56,002 nt of DNA from a virus (IMGVR_UViG_3300021197_000758:1-56002), one strand, 5' to 3'; shown: positions 26,506-37,603, counted from the first letter of the stretch. Numbers and translations: made by a program. Notes: generated from the letters alone by a model not told the origin.

Positions 26506-28212
26506 TTATGATTTTACAAAATTTGAAGACACTGCAAATAAGTTTTTGCTACCTCCTAAATCTGTAGAACTATCTGTGCTAACTTTAACTGTAGCGAAGT
26601 ACCCCTTTATTCCACTCATACTAGATCCTTGAAGAACCTGTCCAGGCATAATCTGAGTATTAGGTCCAGATGAAAGGACTCCTTTATTAACCAAGTTAGC
26701 ATAGTACTTATTGTCCTTTCTATTGAATCCTGCTCTGTAATTTATTCCACCTTCTGTATAAGCTCCAGACTCGTAGCTATATATAAACGAAGAGTCATCC
26801 TTATAGTTGTTGTTTCCAGATGTAGATGTATCATAACCAGTAGGGTCTGACAAGAAGAAATCTACTTGCCATCCATTACTACCTTCGTAGTTCACTGTAT
26901 TGAAATTCTTGGGTATCGATACTGATGGATTAAATACTAATTCAACCGATGTTGGATAGTATGCTCCATAGAAGTTACCTCTATTATTAATTACAGATTG
27001 ATCGTAATGTTTCCATAATGAACCGCCTTTCACTGTGTAGTAGGTATTATTCAATGTTCCACCAAACATAGGGTCGTAATCCCAAAAGCTAGTCCAACCT
27101 CTTGCATTTTCTGAGAACGATATTGTACTATATGTCTCTTCTTCAGACATATTTATTGAAAGCACATACTGATCATAGTAGTTATCATAGGATCCAACTA
27201 TTTTGTCTTTCACTGGCTTATAGAATGTTACTGAGGAATAATTAACATAGCTAGTTATTTCTCCACTAAATGTTACTGGAACGGTTCCATCAACCTCCGA
27301 GATTGCGCCTATTCCTATAACGTATAAACCACTGGGGCTTATTTGCCCACCAATAACTCTCATTCCGTACTCTAAATCTTCTGCTTTATTAGATGATGAT
27401 GGGTAGAATGGTATAGTAGTTGCAGGTAGAGAAGGTTGAATTTCCCCTTCTGGGGGTAGTTTAAGTATTATCTGTTTCGATCCGCTTTGTTCAGAAACTT
27501 TTGACAATTCATCCCTGAAGTAGTCTCTCATTCCGTAAGAGCTAATCTCAGTTAAGCCATCAGAAGACAGCCTCATTATTGAGCCTCTATTCTTATCTGA
27601 GAAATATATTCTATTTCCCTTAAATGCAAATGATTCTGGATTATCGCTTATCCCATACTCTCCTGCGTATTGGTTTATTTGACCTAGAACTAATCTAGAT
27701 GCTGTTAGTGCAGGGTTTCCGTCTGCAGTGTAAATGGCGTCCTTATCTATTAATGCCATACTAACCTTATCTTCTTGAAAAACAACTAAGTTAGTATCAG
27801 AAGTATACAGCTTTTGTATTGCTCCGTATCTTGGATCAAGCTCCTTTGTTATGTTTTGACCTGTTGAAAAAACATTTGTTTCGTTAACCCCTGTTCTTGA
27901 ATTATACAATCCAGAGTATATCAATCCATTCTCAAGCCTAAGTGAAGTGTCCTCGGTCTCCGTTATATATGCCTTAACTCCAAAGTCAACTTGAGTATTA
28001 TTATACCCTCCTCTTATTCTCGACTCTTCAATATACCAGCCGAATAGCGCATGGTTCTCATTAGTTGATGCCTCTAAAGGGAATCTAGGATATCCATAAG
28101 GCTGCCATGGCAATCCAGGCCAAGTTGCTTTCCCTGGATTTCCTTCAGAATCTTCTACAGCCTTCTTAACTAAAAATGAATTAAAGTAAGATATTTCTTT
28201 TATAATGCTCAT
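26506..28212 (-). CDS. tail protein (nozzle/stabilization protein-like, 568 aa)
   Basis: Beta-rich; YGISDNPESF, YFSDKNRG, GWTSF motifs recall P22 gp10-like/crAss-like stabilization proteins. Confidence 0.7.
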   Translation of the reverse strand: MSIIKEISYFNSFLVKKAVEDSEGNPGKATWPGLPWQPYGYPRFPLEASTNENHALFGWYIEESRIRGGYNNTQVDFGVKAYITETEDTSLRLENGLIYSGLYNSRTGVNETNVFSTGQNITKELDPRYGAIQKLYTSDTNLVVFQEDKVSMALIDKDAIYTADGNPALTASRLVLGQINQYAGEYGISDNPESFAFKGNRIYFSDKNRGSIMRLSSDGLTEISSYGMRDYFRDELSKVSEQSGSKQIILKLPPEGEIQPSLPATTIPFYPSSSNKAEDLEYGMRVIGGQISPSGLYVIGIGAISEVDGTVPVTFSGEITSYVNYSSVTFYKPVKDKIVGSYDNYYDQYVLSINMSEEETYSTISFSENARGWTSFWDYDPMFGGTLNNTYYTVKGGSLWKHYDQSVINNRGNFYGAYYPTSVELVFNPSVSIPKNFNTVNYEGSNGWQVDFFLSDPTGYDTSTSGNNNYKDDSSFIYSYESGAYTEGGINYRAGFNRKDNKYYANLVNKGVLSSGPNTQIMPGQVLQGSSMSGIKGYFATVKVSTDSSTDLGGSKNLFAVSSNFVKS

Positions 28213-28259
28213 TTATTTTAACATTGTTTTATTAATGAAAATTATTTTTTTTTAATTCT

Positions 28260-31200
28260 CTACCTAAATTTAGGAAGCATTGCGTCAAAGCAAAATAAAA
28301 ACTCGCTATAGAAATTATCGGCCTCATCTTGCGTTTTTATATTTAGAGATCCAACTCCTAAGCTTGCATCTGCTACATACATATAAACATAGAATGTTGT
28401 TGGTTCGTAAAATACTATATCAAAACTTCCTGCTTCTTGCTTGTTGTACTCTAATCTATACTTATCTCCGCTAGAATTCTTTACAATCCTAATTTTATCT
28501 TTCTTCCAATCCCAGCTTGGAGTACTTAGATCCATTAAGTAACCTCCAAATCTATAGTCGTAATACATAACGCTAGATAAAGATACGTCTAATCCTTCGT
28601 AGACATCTCTTCCGCCTCCATTTTTAAATTCAAACTCTTGAATCAATGCCCATTCTGTAGTATTAGAAAAGTCCATATCTACATCTACAGGGCTTGGATC
28701 TATAGTAACTCCATCAAATTCGTTCCACATAATAGCCTTACTGGTTGGAACAACTTGTATAAGATCGCGTGGATTAGTTATTGGATAGGGGGTAATTTTA
28801 TAACTATATGGGTATTTAACTATTTCATTACTAGCACCAGTATCTTCGAAAGGCGCATCGTTTGACAGTACGCTCAAAGAGCCAGATACCGTAATGTAGT
28901 TTTCGTACAAAACGCCAGATTGATTATTCGTGAATTGAATGGTTATTGTATATCTATCCTTGTTTACACTTTGATTATTAAACATAAAATATGAACCAGG
29001 GGTAGTTTTCAATCTAAACCTATTGCTTGGTTGTTGTTCCACCTCAAATAGGTTCAATTCAGTTATGTCTTGGTTAAAACCATTGAATACTCTAGTTATT
29101 GTTGCAGAAACATTTGTTCCATATAAATTAGTTAAAGACTCTCCTTGAACATTTAAGATGTCAAAATCCTCTGGACTTACAAAGGATCCAGGAGCATATC
29201 TTTCGTAAAGAGTAAAAGTCCAATTATTTATAGAAAAAGGAATTAATCCAGATTGACTTGTATCTACCTCTAAATTTAAATCTGATATAAGTCCAGAAGT
29301 TGTGGTTTCATAGAATATATCTAGGTTAGACTTAAATGGTTCAGATTCGTACACGTTAAGCCTTACGTCCTCATGAGTAACTTTTGAACCATCAACTAAA
29401 GTATCTCCTCCAATTGCGCCAATTTCTTTTTGAGTAGATATTTTACCAATATATGGATTAGAGCCAATATTTGGCTCTTCAGAACCAACAGTAAGTTTTG
29501 CAGCCTTTGGTATACTAAAAAATGGAGATATATCATACTCGTCTCCGTCTATCTTAGTGTTTAGTCCAATATCATCTCTAGTGCCTATAAGGACGACTTT
29601 ATCTGGTATAGTGCTGGGTACATATTGTTTATTAGTAGACTCTGTGCTACTAAATTCATTATTCCAAACCCTTCCAAACACATTGACAGAACTAGAGAAC
29701 TGAATTTGTTGAGGACCTACTTCTTTTAAGTCTCTAGGAACTTTATTTATATTATCGGAAAATAAGGTTATGAATGCAGTGTCTTTCGATGTAACATACT
29801 GAGGCGTAGGAGGTGTTGGATTGTCATATTGAGGATAGTTGTTTAAAATTGTTGGTAAGAATATATTATAATAGTCCTGCTCTTTTTGCTGAACAACTAC
29901 TTTATATGTGTACCAACCATTTGGGTTCGTTTCGCTATATAGTCCTGCGTATCCAGGAGTAGTTATTTGATCTGGTATTCCAGATTCAAAAACAATCTTA
30001 AGAGAATCTCCTCTATACACATCTTCGCTAGTTAAAAATGAGCTAACTAAAGAGTTGTATGGATTATAAACAGTTGAATTGTTTGATGTTATAACATCCG
30101 ACTGTCTGCCAAATTTATCTACCAATACGATTCCAACTCTGTACGACCTATTTTGTTTCAACGTGTGGTTTGGGTATTCCAGCTCACTAACAGAGTTTAA
30201 TTGACCAAGCTTTGACTTTTCGCTAACTGTAGCTATGTAACCAAGATCTGTTGGTCTAGTAGTTCTAACTAAGTAGTTTCCATACATAACTCTATTTCCT
30301 GCAACTTCTTGAGCCTTAGCTCTTATTGGCACTTTATCTGAAGCTCTACTTGTTTCGTCTTGAGGAAGAACCTTTATCGGAGATTGGGAGTTGTATGTGT
30401 ACGCATACTTTTTATCACCATTAGATAAAATAGAGTTTTTCGTTATTGTGTCAATAACCTTTATTGACGTCTCGTCAGACTCTTTGTATAAGATTTCAAT
30501 AGCCTCAACCTTTAACTCATTTGGTAAGTCGCTAACTGAAGACACGCCTTCTGGCATATCTATCATTAACTGAACTGAGTTTATTTTATTTTCAAAGAAA
30601 CTTATTATAGTACTCTTTATTGCCTTGTTCTCATCAGACTCAGTTGTTTCGTCATTTACATTTGTTGGTAAAGAACCTCCATCTAAGAAGTATCCATCTT
30701 GCTTTGGTACAAAAGCTATTTGAGAGAACGGAGCTATTAATGAATACTCTCCATCATCGTACTTAAACCTGTAGCTAAATCTTACAAACTTGTCAGATAA
30801 GTATTCCGAGTCTCCTTCGAATAGAGCATCGTAATTTGGGTTAGCCCCTATAGTTACTATGTCTGTTGCACTCAATGGGGTTGTGGATGTGTGATTTACT
30901 GTTGTACCAGAGGTACTAGTTACAAGTATATTATCACTAACATCTATTAACTCAACAGTGCCTAGTGCGTTTGTTGCTGTTATTAGTGCGCCTGTCCAAT
31001 TATCATTAACAGGTTCGCTTGCTGTAAACGATGTGACTGTTGTAGATCCAGATACTGTTACTACTTGACTCTTAGGTAAATTTTTAGAAGCAACATCCTT
31101 CATTGTTGAGTTCTTGGCTAAATTCTCATCTCTAACCAATACAATTAAGTCTCCGACCTGTCCGCTAATTCCACTTATAGTGATAAGGTCCCCAGCATTG

Positions 31201-31961
31201 TAATTACTTCCAGCCTCATAAACTTCTACTTGAGCCACCTTACCTTCTACGCAAGAAACTGTAAAAGTTGAATCAATACCTCCAGATGGAGAAACGCTAG
31301 TAGCTGGAACCCCTACATATACACCATTATCAACTGAGTCAACATTAGTAGATATTCTCATACTACTATTTACAAGAAGCGATCCGTCTTCTTTGTTTTT
31401 AACTAAAGACGGTGGCTGCCAAGGATAGTACTTAGCTACAGATATATGCTCCTCTCTAGTGTAGTAGCCTAAGTTGTTTATTGCTGTACTTACGTTTATT
31501 TTTCTAGGTTGATTTCTATCATCAGTAAAGAATAATAAATTCTCAAGCAGGTTGATGCCAAGTACTCTATGAGTCTTAGAAAAATTCAAAAAGCTACCGC
31601 TAACTAACGTATATACTTGATTTGAAGATTCGTCATACATACATATGTAGTGGTGAGACTGTGCAGACGCAAAGTTATCAAGCTCGCTTGGAGAGGAGTC
31701 GTTCCAGTCAGTAATAAAAGCAAATAACCTATTTGCTGTTGTGTCTACATAAAGACCTATTATTTCAAGATTAACTCCTTCTAAGTTAAAGTTGGTTAGG
31801 AATCGATTGCCTTCCACGTTTTCAATCAATCCAGATTCTCCACCATCTGAATTTATAACAGAAGCATTTCTAGCATCTATGTAGTCGTTATTAGATATAA
31901 GTCTTGGAGAAAGATCTTTATTCATCTTAGCCCCTGTAAAATTATTTTTAACCTCTGGCAT
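28260..31961 (-). CDS. tail stabilization protein-like (1233 aa)
   Basis: MNKDLSPRL..YIDARN N-terminus, LLFFTD.RNQPRKIN, FSYRFKY.DGEYS, GNRVMYGNY, GIVLVDKFGRQS. Confidence 0.75.
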   Translation of the reverse strand: MPEVKNNFTGAKMNKDLSPRLISNNDYIDARNASVINSDGGESGLIENVEGNRFLTNFNLEGVNLEIIGLYVDTTANRLFAFITDWNDSSPSELDNFASAQSHHYICMYDESSNQVYTLVSGSFLNFSKTHRVLGINLLENLLFFTDDRNQPRKINVSTAINNLGYYTREEHISVAKYYPWQPPSLVKNKEDGSLLVNSSMRISTNVDSVDNGVYVGVPATSVSPSGGIDSTFTVSCVEGKVAQVEVYEAGSNYNAGDLITISGISGQVGDLIVLVRDENLAKNSTMKDVASKNLPKSQVVTVSGSTTVTSFTASEPVNDNWTGALITATNALGTVELIDVSDNILVTSTSGTTVNHTSTTPLSATDIVTIGANPNYDALFEGDSEYLSDKFVRFSYRFKYDDGEYSLIAPFSQIAFVPKQDGYFLDGGSLPTNVNDETTESDENKAIKSTIISFFENKINSVQLMIDMPEGVSSVSDLPNELKVEAIEILYKESDETSIKVIDTITKNSILSNGDKKYAYTYNSQSPIKVLPQDETSRASDKVPIRAKAQEVAGNRVMYGNYLVRTTRPTDLGYIATVSEKSKLGQLNSVSELEYPNHTLKQNRSYRVGIVLVDKFGRQSDVITSNNSTVYNPYNSLVSSFLTSEDVYRGDSLKIVFESGIPDQITTPGYAGLYSETNPNGWYTYKVVVQQKEQDYYNIFLPTILNNYPQYDNPTPPTPQYVTSKDTAFITLFSDNINKVPRDLKEVGPQQIQFSSSVNVFGRVWNNEFSSTESTNKQYVPSTIPDKVVLIGTRDDIGLNTKIDGDEYDISPFFSIPKAAKLTVGSEEPNIGSNPYIGKISTQKEIGAIGGDTLVDGSKVTHEDVRLNVYESEPFKSNLDIFYETTTSGLISDLNLEVDTSQSGLIPFSINNWTFTLYERYAPGSFVSPEDFDILNVQGESLTNLYGTNVSATITRVFNGFNQDITELNLFEVEQQPSNRFRLKTTPGSYFMFNNQSVNKDRYTITIQFTNNQSGVLYENYITVSGSLSVLSNDAPFEDTGASNEIVKYPYSYKITPYPITNPRDLIQVVPTSKAIMWNEFDGVTIDPSPVDVDMDFSNTTEWALIQEFEFKNGGGRDVYEGLDVSLSSVMYYDYRFGGYLMDLSTPSWDWKKDKIRIVKNSSGDKYRLEYNKQEAGSFDIVFYEPTTFYVYMYVADASLGVGSLNIKTQDEADNFYSEFLFCFDAMLPKFR

Positions 31962-31964
31962 ATT

Positions 31965-32909
31965 TTATCGTTTTATCCATTTAGACTTACCTCTCATTAC
32001 TTGAGTTAACTCTTCAATTTTAATGTTAGATAGCCTTATTTTTGCGTTTCTAATCTTAGAGCTTCTCTCTCTTCTTAATCTGTTTACGACATACTCTGGC
32101 TGATTTATTCTACTAGCTATTATAGCGTGGCTTATGTGTGCGTACATCGCCTCTTCTATCATCTTTGGTACTCTTGTATCCAAATCATACGCTAAACCGT
32201 CTGAGATGTACTCTATGACGATTAGACGGTCTTTTAGATTACTTGAGAATGTGAACACCCCTCTAGCTTGATCTATACCGAACCAACCATTATTCTGAGT
32301 CAAGGCTGGATCTTCTCCATATCTCTGTCCATAAGCCCCTCCCCAGTATAAGTTATCTATGTAAGTGTCATCTATATCATATCCAGAATTTAAGTCATCT
32401 GAGTCGTATAGTCCTGTTATTTTTTTAGTGTCGCTTTTCCTCCACTTTAACACTGTCTCTGAAGGGAAACTCTCTATGTTTTCTCCAGAACCATCTTGAA
32501 TCGGCTCTCCAGTAGAATCCTGCTGAAGTGCTTGCGATGGGTTTATCGTCAAGTTGTTGCTTGGGTATATAATCCTCTTAACTCCTTGACTATCAGTAAA
32601 GGAAATCTTTATGTAGTTAACGTAGTCTTGTGGTATTATGGCTGTTAAGCTAGGAGATATAGTTAACTCCTGCGACTTTATACTCTTTAGTGTGTCGTAG
32701 CTAAACTCTTGCATACCACGCTTGGCATGGAATATAACATCAGTTCGCTTTACGCTAGGTATTAGTTTGCCTGCTCCAACGTATGCTACGATAAAGTTGT
32801 TAATTATGTCGTTAAGGCTAGTATACTGATAGCTACCAGTTGGTCCGTTTACCTCTCCGTAGTAGTCTGCATTAGTTTCGGTTATTAAACCTCCGTTTGG
32901 ATTTGGCAT
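31965..32909 (-). CDS. virion structural protein (tail tubular/ring-like, 314 aa)
   Basis: Between capsid and tail genes; IPQDYVNY, IEYISDG motifs. Confidence 0.6.
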   Translation of the reverse strand: MPNPNGGLITETNADYYGEVNGPTGSYQYTSLNDIINNFIVAYVGAGKLIPSVKRTDVIFHAKRGMQEFSYDTLKSIKSQELTISPSLTAIIPQDYVNYIKISFTDSQGVKRIIYPSNNLTINPSQALQQDSTGEPIQDGSGENIESFPSETVLKWRKSDTKKITGLYDSDDLNSGYDIDDTYIDNLYWGGAYGQRYGEDPALTQNNGWFGIDQARGVFTFSSNLKDRLIVIEYISDGLAYDLDTRVPKMIEEAMYAHISHAIIASRINQPEYVVNRLRRERSSKIRNAKIRLSNIKIEELTQVMRGKSKWIKR

Positions 32910-32915
32910 ATTATG

Positions 32916-33977
32916 TTATATTTTTGAGTTATTTTCTTCTTGAGCTATTTTACTTGACGCAACCTGGATTACTTGTGGGTCCTTTATTACTACTCCAAAG
33001 TAGTACAACGTATTTATTATAAAGTTAGTTTGCTCTGATTCGTGCAGCTCTATTTGCGTTGATCCGTAAGTGCTGTTACCCATAAAGTCTGTAGACTGAA
33101 GGGTTATTTGAAGAGAGCCAGATCCACCAAGAATACTGGTGTCAACTGTTAATACATCTCCAGGAGAGTACGTTCCACTTGTGGTGACTCCAGGATTTAT
33201 TACAGATACAATTGTAGCTACACCTCCCTGAACAGTAACTTGAAGCTCTAATCCAGCAACAGAGACTCCTCCATCGCTCCAGCCAGGATCTCCTATAGTC
33301 CCAGTGTACACTCCATCGTTAAAGTCACTTTGATTTATTGTTATGCTAGACGTAAGTGTTCCTGTTCCTGTATTTAATTGATTAGCGTTATATGGAGTAG
33401 GGTCGTATACGAACTGACCAAACTGACCAATAGAGTATCCCCACCTAACATTTAGTGGCTTTCTTAGGTAGTCTATAGTTATGCCGCTTGTTATTGAGTC
33501 TGGCTTAATAAATAGTTTATTATTCTCAAGCAAATACGTTGGAAATGATAGTGTTGATTTTGTTAGTGGAGACTTTTGTATGTTATAAAAGTCCATTCTT
33601 TGAAGCCTTTGCAGCTCCACTTCGCTGTTGTATACTACTGCTCCTATGCGATAAACGTCAGAAGCGTTTCCATATATATCCGAGAATGGAAAAACGAAGT
33701 ATGGATTTGTGGGAACCGTAGAGTTGTCGTACTCTGCACTTCCTGTAGTTTTAAATATGGCAAGCTTTTCGTCGATGTTAGATATTCTATCAGCATAGTC
33801 AGTGTCAGTTTGCATGACTCTTAACTGTTGATTCAAGTCTTCGCTATACTTTTCAAATATTTCTAACTGAACTTGAGTTCCGATTTTGTTAAACTCATCT
33901 GGAGTTACATATCCTCTCTCTTCTTTGTTTAATATCAATAACGATGTCTTATATGCGCTATCTATGTTTATTGCCAT
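32916..33977 (-). CDS. virion structural protein (head-tail connector/ring-like, 353 aa)
   Basis: LNKEERGYVTPDEFN, IDYLRKP motifs; position in the structural operon. Confidence 0.6.
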   Translation of the reverse strand: MAINIDSAYKTSLLILNKEERGYVTPDEFNKIGTQVQLEIFEKYSEDLNQQLRVMQTDTDYADRISNIDEKLAIFKTTGSAEYDNSTVPTNPYFVFPFSDIYGNASDVYRIGAVVYNSEVELQRLQRMDFYNIQKSPLTKSTLSFPTYLLENNKLFIKPDSITSGITIDYLRKPLNVRWGYSIGQFGQFVYDPTPYNANQLNTGTGTLTSSITINQSDFNDGVYTGTIGDPGWSDGGVSVAGLELQVTVQGGVATIVSVINPGVTTSGTYSPGDVLTVDTSILGGSGSLQITLQSTDFMGNSTYGSTQIELHESEQTNFIINTLYYFGVVIKDPQVIQVASSKIAQEENNSKI

Positions 33978-33996
33978 ATTAATATTTTTTGTATTT

Positions 33997-34029
33997 AAAA
34001 AGATAGACTAACAATTAAGTTAGCCTATC
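33997..34029 (-). terminator. intrinsic terminator
   Basis: Minus strand GATAGGCTAAC-TTAATT-GTTAGTCTATC-TTTTT. Confidence 0.7.
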
Positions 34030-34049
34030 CCTATAAATATATTTACACA

Positions 34050-34820
34050 TTAAGAGAATTTTTTCTCTATACTTTTGTATACCTGCATACCTTCATCAGT
34101 CTTAAACCAACTTGCTAGTGCAGAGTATGGATGTTCATCAAATGGCACAGTCATTAATTTTTTACCATTAGCAGCCCAAGAGAATGTCTTTTGATCGCTA
34201 GATAGTTTAATAATGTTCGCTTCTGCCGCCTTTATACCAAAACTTCTAAGTGATACATTTTCATCCTGAGCTAAGTTTATAAATAGAGCTGGATTATTTT
34301 TAGCTAATAACATTAAGTCTCTCTTTAACTCTTTACTTGTCATTTTCGAAACAGCACTACCAACCTCAGTTCTAAGTATTGCCTCTGCGTGATCCAAGTC
34401 TAATGATTTTGCTAAGTTTAATGCATCAATCTCAAGCTCAATATTTTCTAATTCATCAACTGCTTCAGCTACATCATCCTGCTCTAGATACTTAAATCCT
34501 CTATGTGGGTGATATAGCGATAATAATTTTTGTAAGTTTTGTTTTTCTTTTGGAACCATTAACACCCCATTCATGAAAACTACATGAGCCAAAGTAGCAG
34601 GTCCTTTCTGCTCGTCTACAAATGGTGACTTTTGGTTTGTAGCATACCTCAACTCTCTTTCGTACCCAAGCTTTTCATCGAAGTGCATCAGTGGGTGTCT
34701 ACTAGTGTGTTTTACCGCTAAGGTATATGTTAGTGGGGATAGATTATGGTTTAAGTAATACATTCTATCTTTAATTTCCCAAGTTTCTTTTGCTTTCGCT
34801 GTTGTTGATTTTGTTGTCAT
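34050..34820 (-). CDS. hypothetical protein downstream of the capsid gene (256 aa)
   Basis: Start moved to ATG 34820 (MTTKST) because the longer ORF start crosses the capsid terminator; AT-rich leader like that of the scaffold gene. Confidence 0.8.
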   Translation of the reverse strand: MTTKSTTAKAKETWEIKDRMYYLNHNLSPLTYTLAVKHTSRHPLMHFDEKLGYERELRYATNQKSPFVDEQKGPATLAHVVFMNGVLMVPKEKQNLQKLLSLYHPHRGFKYLEQDDVAEAVDELENIELEIDALNLAKSLDLDHAEAILRTEVGSAVSKMTSKELKRDLMLLAKNNPALFINLAQDENVSLRSFGIKAAEANIIKLSSDQKTFSWAANGKKLMTVPFDEHPYSALASWFKTDEGMQVYKSIEKKFS

Positions 34821-34841
34821 AATAATATAATAAGATTTAAT

Positions 34842-34886
34842 AAAAAAAATAAATAGAGCCTGGAGTCGCAATATGCGACCCCAAGC
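34842..34886 (-). terminator. intrinsic terminator after the major capsid gene
   Basis: Minus strand GCTTGGGGTCGCA-TAT-TGCGACTCCAGGC followed by TCTATTTATTTTTTTT. Confidence 0.8.
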
Positions 34887-34904
34887 AATATTCAATGGTT
34901 AATA

Positions 34905-36380
34905 CTATGCAGCTTTTGTAAATAATACAAAGTTGTTAGCTGCTTGAGTTACTAAACATCTTTCTGACAAGAAGTTAACCTTCATTGTGTCAAGATCAGT
35001 AGTGTAAGCTCCACCTACAGAACCAGTAATCCAAGACTTCATTCTTCGGTCATCAGCTTCAGAAGCTCTGTATCGAACGTGTAAGAATGGACGTCTGATG
35101 TTAGTACCTAACATTTGATCGTAAACAGTACTTGTTCCAGCAGGAACTAATACTCCCTCCACGTTGTTAATTAAGCCACGAGTAGAAGCATCGTTTAAGT
35201 ATTTCCAGTCAGTCTTGTAGAAGTCGTAAGATCCTCTTCTGAATCCAGAGAAACCTAAGTTTAACGCCATCTCAGAAGAATTTTCAAATACTCCATAAGA
35301 AGTACCACCCTCTCCATAAGAGTTTTGAGCAGCTAACATATCATCAAAATCCAAAGCCAATGCTCTGTCTAAGAATAACATATTCTCCTCAATAGCTCCC
35401 TGCTTGTCAAGGTTTTGAAGAATAAAGTCAAAGTCTTGTAAAGCAGTTCTTGCAACTGCTCCAGAACCATCTCCGTTTGCGTAGTTCTCATAAACATTAC
35501 CTCTTGCTGTAATAGCAGCGAAAAGACCTTCAGTACCAGCAGTAGTTTGATTTAATTCAATCTGAACTTTAGATGCAGCGTCAGCTAACTCTCCTTCAAC
35601 TACAGACATCTCTAAGTAATCTTGGAAACGTAGTCTAGTTTCTCCTTCAGACTTTAAGTACCATAAGTATCCAGAAGTACCATCTTCAGCAGCAACTTCA
35701 ACCCATCCAATTTGAGATGCGTCAGAACCACTGATTTCATAGTTATCCTTGATAATAATTGGCTTGTTACTGTACTGAGTGAAAGATGCTTCTAAAGATC
35801 CTTCCATTCCAAAGTCTGCTTTCTTGAACTCAGATCCATAAACAAATAAGTTTATAGTATCGTTCGTAACAAATCCTGCTGTCGCTAAAGTAGCTGCACC
35901 GTAAGGTAATGCTGTAAATTGGTTTGCAGTAACACCTGTTCCTACAGCCGAAACGTAAGCTTTAACTGTAACTCCAGCACCAGTACCAGTAACTCCTTGA
36001 ATTACAACTGTATTACCTTTTCTTATTGCCATATTGTGCGCAGTACCTAGTACAATTGTACCTGCAGCAGCATCAGTAACTGTAACCGCTAAAGTACTAG
36101 CTCCAGTTGCGTACCCAATATGTAATCTATTTTGCTCCGACCATACAACTTGATCAGAAGTCATTGGCATTTCAGCACCTACCATTCTTAAGAATCCTGA
36201 TAGAGTTCTGTTTCCGTAACGCTCTACCTCAGCTTCGTAAAGCTCTGGTAAGTATTGTTGAGCAAAGTTTCCACCAGTCTCACTAGTGAAGTCTAGGTAG
36301 TTTTCATTACCTGTTGTTTTAGTTGGCATTGGTCGTAAGCTAAATACGCCTGCGCTGTCATTAATTGCAAATGTTCCCAT
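34905..36380 (-). CDS. major capsid protein (491 aa)
   Basis: Follows portal and scaffold, followed by a terminator; strong GCT/GCA/ACT codon bias; size and C-terminal FLSERCL..AANNF consistent with an HK97-fold MCP. Confidence 0.8.
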   Translation of the reverse strand: MGTFAINDSAGVFSLRPMPTKTTGNENYLDFTSETGGNFAQQYLPELYEAEVERYGNRTLSGFLRMVGAEMPMTSDQVVWSEQNRLHIGYATGASTLAVTVTDAAAGTIVLGTAHNMAIRKGNTVVIQGVTGTGAGVTVKAYVSAVGTGVTANQFTALPYGAATLATAGFVTNDTINLFVYGSEFKKADFGMEGSLEASFTQYSNKPIIIKDNYEISGSDASQIGWVEVAAEDGTSGYLWYLKSEGETRLRFQDYLEMSVVEGELADAASKVQIELNQTTAGTEGLFAAITARGNVYENYANGDGSGAVARTALQDFDFILQNLDKQGAIEENMLFLDRALALDFDDMLAAQNSYGEGGTSYGVFENSSEMALNLGFSGFRRGSYDFYKTDWKYLNDASTRGLINNVEGVLVPAGTSTVYDQMLGTNIRRPFLHVRYRASEADDRRMKSWITGSVGGAYTTDLDTMKVNFLSERCLVTQAANNFVLFTKAA

Positions 36381-36394
36381 TTTGTTTTAATTTT

Positions 36395-37576
36395 TTAAAA
36401 TTTACTTTTTATTTTTAGTTTCGAAGAATCAACTCCACTTATAGCCTTAACCTTCAATCCATTAATAAAAACACTGTCGCCTGCAGTTTTTCTAGGTTCG
36501 TTTGATAGGTTCTTAGAACCACCAATAACCTCCTTAACTGCGTCAGCTTTACCTTGTTCGTAGAAATGAGTTGCAATCTTGTCTATGTTTGAAGCTGCGT
36601 ACATTGCTTTATGATACCCCTTGTGGTCTACTACCTCTCCGCTTTCTCCCAGAAACTTTCCGATGACGTTCGATAGTTCAGACTGTTTTTCGGCAACACT
36701 AGTTGGATTGTTTATGCCATACCTAAATTTCTTTTCACCAATATTGAAATCAAAACCTTTGAAATCGTTAGTGAAAACTTCGGTTGTGGCTTTTTTAAAC
36801 CTTTCGTGCTTTTGCTTCATTAAGCTCTGCTCTTCATTATATCGATTGAAGAAGTCCATTGCTTTCTTCTGCTCTTGAGTTACGCCTGGTCTCAACTTGA
36901 TCTCATCGTAGTACTTACTCTTTAAGCTTTCTAAAAAGTCTTTAGCTTCTTTAACCTCTTCTTTAAACGCAAGCTTTTTCTTGCGTATGTCTCTTTCGTC
37001 GTCAAGGTCTTCATCATATGAAAAACTATCCTCCAAAAGGAAATCTATTTCTTCCTCATCTAAGTGAGGTTTGCTCTTCTTGTAGTACTCTTTAAGAAGT
37101 ACATTATTATCAACATTACTGTAGTCTGCATTAAGCCTAACGTAGTCTTCTACCGTTCCACCAGTTTCTTCCATAAAAGATACTAGCTTCTCAACATTCT
37201 CTGGTAGGGGTTTTCCTGTTGCGTTAGACTCACTAACAGCTTTAATCATTTCACTTTCAGCAGTATTGGCACTAACTTGCTCCTCTTCAGTTATTTCTTG
37301 AATAACAACTGGCTCTTCATCTTGAATGGAGCCTTGTTTTGGTGATACTTCTGTATCCACTTTTTGTACAGGTTCGGCTTGTTTATCTGCAACCACTGTT
37401 GCTGCTTCTTGCTCTTTATTGGCATCTTCCTGAATTAAGTTAACTTTAGTAACATCCTGCTCGACATCCTTCTTTGAAAAGTCTACCTTAACAGGCTCTG
37501 TACTTTTATTTAAGTTCTTCATTTTAGGCTTGCTTTTTACTTTAAAGCTACCCTCTTGCTTTACTTCTTTCTCCAT
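36395..37576 (-). CDS. capsid scaffolding protein-like (393 aa)
   Basis: Acidic, disordered N-terminus and helical C-terminus, between portal and MCP. Confidence 0.65.
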   Translation of the reverse strand: MEKEVKQEGSFKVKSKPKMKNLNKSTEPVKVDFSKKDVEQDVTKVNLIQEDANKEQEAATVVADKQAEPVQKVDTEVSPKQGSIQDEEPVVIQEITEEEQVSANTAESEMIKAVSESNATGKPLPENVEKLVSFMEETGGTVEDYVRLNADYSNVDNNVLLKEYYKKSKPHLDEEEIDFLLEDSFSYDEDLDDERDIRKKKLAFKEEVKEAKDFLESLKSKYYDEIKLRPGVTQEQKKAMDFFNRYNEEQSLMKQKHERFKKATTEVFTNDFKGFDFNIGEKKFRYGINNPTSVAEKQSELSNVIGKFLGESGEVVDHKGYHKAMYAASNIDKIATHFYEQGKADAVKEVIGGSKNLSNEPRKTAGDSVFINGLKVKAISGVDSSKLKIKSKF

Positions 37577-37603
37577 AATATAATATAATATAAATTTAAA
37601 AAA

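Noticed and set aside
34821-34895. N-terminal extension of the 281-aa ORF
   Set aside because: Runs through the capsid terminator hairpin and T-tract; ATG 34820 is the plausible start
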